A stretch of DNA of 52,584 nt, the filler included, from Sphacelaria rigidula (Eukaryota), in assembly GCA_964200075.2 (NCBI GenBank). It is 3 parts of 3 records of this genome, joined end to end, with 100 filler letters (N's around TTAATTAATTAA, not from the genome) between each part and the next. Parts side by side here need not be neighbours in the genome. Positions count along the whole stretch, not along the records: positions 35,126 to 52,584 come from CAXNAA020001077.1; 2 more parts are not named here. One strand, 5' to 3'. A program made the position numbers and the translations under genes. This document shows, one piece after another, positions 48,933 through 52,584 of this stretch. The notes beneath the pieces are model-generated. The model searched no databases. It had not been told where the DNA came from and worked only from the letters and a program-made list of their open reading frames with translations. Within the stretch, counting starts at the first letter, position 1, and each line of letters opens with the position of its first letter.

Positions 48933-49202
48933 AAAAGCACCTGACCGTGTGTCCCAATTGTCTGGCGTTTAGTTTCGTTCGCTCTCCTCGCACCCACCCG
49001 TCCGTTCAACTCTGATCTGGAAGCAATGTAGGCGCGATAAAGTAAAACGCACAGGGGTTCCGTCCAGAGGTATTGCGACGGGTGGGTGTAGACGCGGTCA
49101 TGGATTTGTCTTGCGCCTCAACTCTATCCCACAGCTACACTCACATAACCGCGTCGTATCACCTCTATAACTCAATTATACCGGGTGACGCATTATGAAC
49201 AG

Positions 49203-49346
49203 GTGTATGGAATAAAGTGGCAGCAAGGTAGCCAGACGAACTACAGCGTTTACCAAAAGTGGGAGAAAACGGAGCAACAGCTGATGGAGATGGTCACGTA
49301 CGACGGCATCGTAGGCCTCCAAAAGTGCTCTGTAAATCCGAACTGA
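49203..49346 (+). CDS. Same gene, terminal coding exon (VYGIKWQQGSQTNYSVYQKWEKTEQQLMEMVTYDGIVGLQKCSVNPN*)
   Basis: CAG acceptor in phase 0, 47 codons, then TGA. Confidence 0.7.
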   Translation: MYGIKWQQGSQTNYSVYQKWEKTEQQLMEMVTYDGIVGLQKCSVNPN

Positions 49347-49366
49347 TAGCACGGCATTTGCTGGGT

Positions 49367-49369
<3 letters not shown>

Positions 49370-49461
<92 letters not shown>
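49370..49461. repeat. (GT)n/(GCGT)n microsatellite just after the stop codon at 49346
   Basis: Seen directly. Confidence 0.95.
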
Positions 49462-49463
<2 letters not shown>

Positions 49464-52400
49464 TGTATTGAGGGTTGGGTTTGTGATGCCACGTGTCTGT
49501 GGTGTAGAGCGCCTACGCTTGTCAAAACATCGACGAGTGATGGGGGGTTTGTGAACATCGTTTTCCTAGTAATCACGAAACTGCATGAAAATATGCTCGG
49601 TCGAAAGAGTCCGGCTCGTCCATGACGCAATTTTTGTTCGGGCGTGGTTCATGTGATATTGGAGAGGTTTGAATTTCGATACGGGCTGGTTTAACTACCC
49701 TCGTATCCTCCGGGAATCATGTTCTACGGGACGAGTTGTATGTGCTGTGTTTACAGGTAGTTTGCATATACAGGGCAGAACGCAAGCAGAGCGACGTATG
49801 TACTATCGAGTATATTTCATGGGTTGAGTGATTGCCGCAAATATGTGAAGAATAAAATGCCGTGTATCATAATATGTCTCGGTACTGAAGGTCAAAATGT
49901 TTTGCACCCCTCTACCAGACGGGCTATGCTTCCTCTATGTGCATTCCGTTTAAGGCACAGTCCTCGAACTCTCGACTGGGTTCTGCTAGGCGTAGTGACT
50001 GATAAGTGTTGCCTGAGTGCAGGAGGGTCACGGATTTCTCGTCGTTCTCTTGTCGAAGATGGATGGGCGATGGCACCAAGTAGTATTTTCGCTCCCTGAA
50101 CAAACGATATGCGGTTCGAGTCCCGGCATGATCGGTTGTGGAAGGAATGAGTTTGACATGTGAACAGTGAGGCTTGCGAGGGGCAAGGGGCCCCGGAGAT
50201 GACTGATGTGTCATGCCGGGACGGACCACACAGCATATATTTTGTTCAGGAAGCGAAACGTTCACCCACTGAACCGGTGAGCACTCACTGGTTCAATGGG
50301 TGAAATCCTCGCTTCCGGAATAAGAGTGCGTGCTGAGAAGTATGATATGTGTGCCCTCAATGTTTGGGGTGCAGCCTGTAGAACGCGTGCTGCTCAAGTG
50401 ATTGTTCGAGGACCGCTGGTTGTGTCGGACTGTCTTGGTATCAACACCTTTCCCCTTGAATGTATGAATTGTTGTGAATGATGGGAAAACGCGCAGCATC
50501 AGGCGGGATTTTTGTTGTGGGACGGCTGACGTGCGTAAACAATTTTGGGTTTGTTAAGAGCGTTTCTTCGGCCAATTCCCACGAGGTCGTCTTGCAGGGC
50601 TGTCCGAGTTCCCGCGTCCGATTCGAAAAATGCGCATCGCTGAAGGAGTAGCGGCGCTACTTGCGTCTTCAACATCTAGCGCACGAACTGCCCCACAACA
50701 CTGCAGTCGTCACGGCTGGATGGCACTGTAGATACGACCATACCGTTCTTGGCGAAGAGATTGGTGTTGGGCCCTTGTGGTGCTACCATGACACTCCGGG
50801 CTGCTGTGATAGCATTTGGAAGACGTGAGCTAGATTACAAGACATGTGTATCAAGAGTAGTGATACTGTTGGGTACCCCTTGGGACGCCAGCGCCAAATG
50901 CGAGCAGAACTGGGACTTGATGCCGTTGGGTGGTGAATTCCCGAATTGGTGAGAGGTCTCAGATCCAGTATAGCTGTTATGGGTAAATGTTCATTCACCT
51001 GCACTGAAGATGAGCCGGAAACGATCGATTGGAGCATGGTCGTGGATATTCAAGTGTGCTGTGAATTGGCCCCCACTGCCCGCATCCTGGTTTACCCTTT
51101 CGTCTAGCTGTCTTCTCGTCCGAGTCGGAAGCTACCTCTATTGTTCGATGGATGTGTTCAACTATAGCATAGATGTGTGTTACCACAGTTCTCTGTGGAC
51201 AACGTACAGGTAATATACGTAGTACGTTTTCTCCGTCTACTCTTGTTTTGTATTGCTTTTTTCCTGTCCTGTTCCTGTCCTGTCCTGTCCTGTCCTGTTT
51301 TGCTCTTCATCTTCCCTTTTTGTAGGCTCGTGCTTGGATCCTATCACCCCTTGGCCCTTGTCGTGTACTCTTGCCGTGCCTCGCGTTGTCTTACTTCGCC
51401 TTGCGCTGTCCTGGCTTGTTCGTTACGCCGACCTGCTGCGGTTTTCCTATTTTGGCCTCTTGGGCTTACCCGCGTGATATGTAGCCGACTATTTTGTTTT
51501 TTCACTTTGTGCGTTAGCTTTGTGTGTGTGTTTTTTTTCGCCAACGTACGTGCTTATGGAACCCCGCCCTCCTAAGCGCTTTTTCATGTATGTTCATGGG
51601 CGTTTTATTTGTTTCGTGCCATGGTTGAGTGACCGCGGGCACTAGAATTCTGGAAGAGGGCTGATATGAGCCACAACAACCTCTGCGCATCTGTGTTATA
51701 CAACGGGTCCATAGCTGATGCTGTGGACCCGTCTGCGGCCTCCACTACTGCTGCAGCCGTCGTATTGGCTACTGAACAGAGACATACTTTTCATCAGTTT
51801 GGCCAAGATTTGTATTTAACAACCTTTTCGCCAGAAACAATGTCTAGAATTTGATGGGGGGTGAAAATGATGATTTCGCTCGAACTTGATTGATTTCTTT
51901 TTTTCGTGTGTTATTTTTGCCTGTAACAATATCGTACGCTTGCAGCGACGTGTTGATATCTTACTGAGGGACATCAGAGGCTTCAGTGCCAAGCTATTCT
52001 AGAAGGCGTATAAGACCTAGAGGGGCACTCGGGTAGAGAAACTGTTTCAGGCATTAATCCACCATTAATTTCGGGAAATCTGGACTTACTCATGCCTGCA
52101 TATTGACGAGGCAAAGTGCACATTGTATACATCCCACCAATGAGAGCTTTCATTTGAGCCACTTCTCTATTGGCTCGACGAAGTATTCCCCAAGAAACAC
52201 CGGTCGATAAATGTAAAAAATACTGGTCGATGAATGGATGAGGATTTCGACGCCTCCGGTTCTTGGAGGTCTCGCTGTCAACCGAATCCTAGACACTCAA
52301 CCTGACGAGAAGCTTGTTATATCCCGGTGGTCTTTACCCACACGCTGATGAAGTGTTGTGTGGCTCAACGGTTGTTGCTGTCTTGAATATGTACCAGAAA

Positions 52401-52584
52401 CCATAGTTTAATGAATACATCGCCATCAGTAGACGACACGTGCGGGACGAAATAGTTCCTTTGAGGCCCTTACGGCTGAAAAGGTGTCGAACACGGGATC
52501 TTACAAATTGGGGATGGATCTTTTATCGGGGATGAGAAATCCAGAGAATTAAAATCTTCGTATCCACACCAAATATTCGAAATA

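Noticed and set aside
49250-49630. HT-, CV- and poly-V-repeat ORFs here and at 45571..45759
   Set aside because: They are translations of (GT)n and (AAC)n microsatellites.
49800-52584. Possible decayed retroelement (minus-strand AGVPRG resembling GVPQG near 50870)
   Set aside because: A single weak motif with no supporting RT blocks, so no call can be supported.

Overview
Eukaryotic, intron-rich and transposon-dense DNA, most consistent with a brown alga or related stramenopile (inference from GTGCG/GTGAG donors, short exons in kb-scale introns and Ser/Gly-rich exon expansions). The window is three contigs joined at two N-gaps (17466-17565, 35026-35125). I reconstructed three partial spliced genes by hand. 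(1) An LRRC9-like gene (LRR repeats plus a PARP-like domain) on the minus strand, with about 14 exons from 16580 down to 591, open at both ends. (2) The 5' half of a CAF1/CNOT7 DEDD deadenylase gene on the minus strand, 4 phase-compatible exons from 29815 to 20375. (3) The last three exons of a plus-strand gene (41204-49346) with GT11/fucosyltransferase-like motifs. The rest is decayed LINE and copia fragments, a tRNA-headed SINE, many TIR/fold-back MITEs (including a four-level nest) and microsatellites. The most unusual signal is a set of retroposon 3' tails that end in poly(C) rather than poly(A), often sit directly after C-runs and stack into each other's tails. All family assignments come from recalled motifs; no database search was run.
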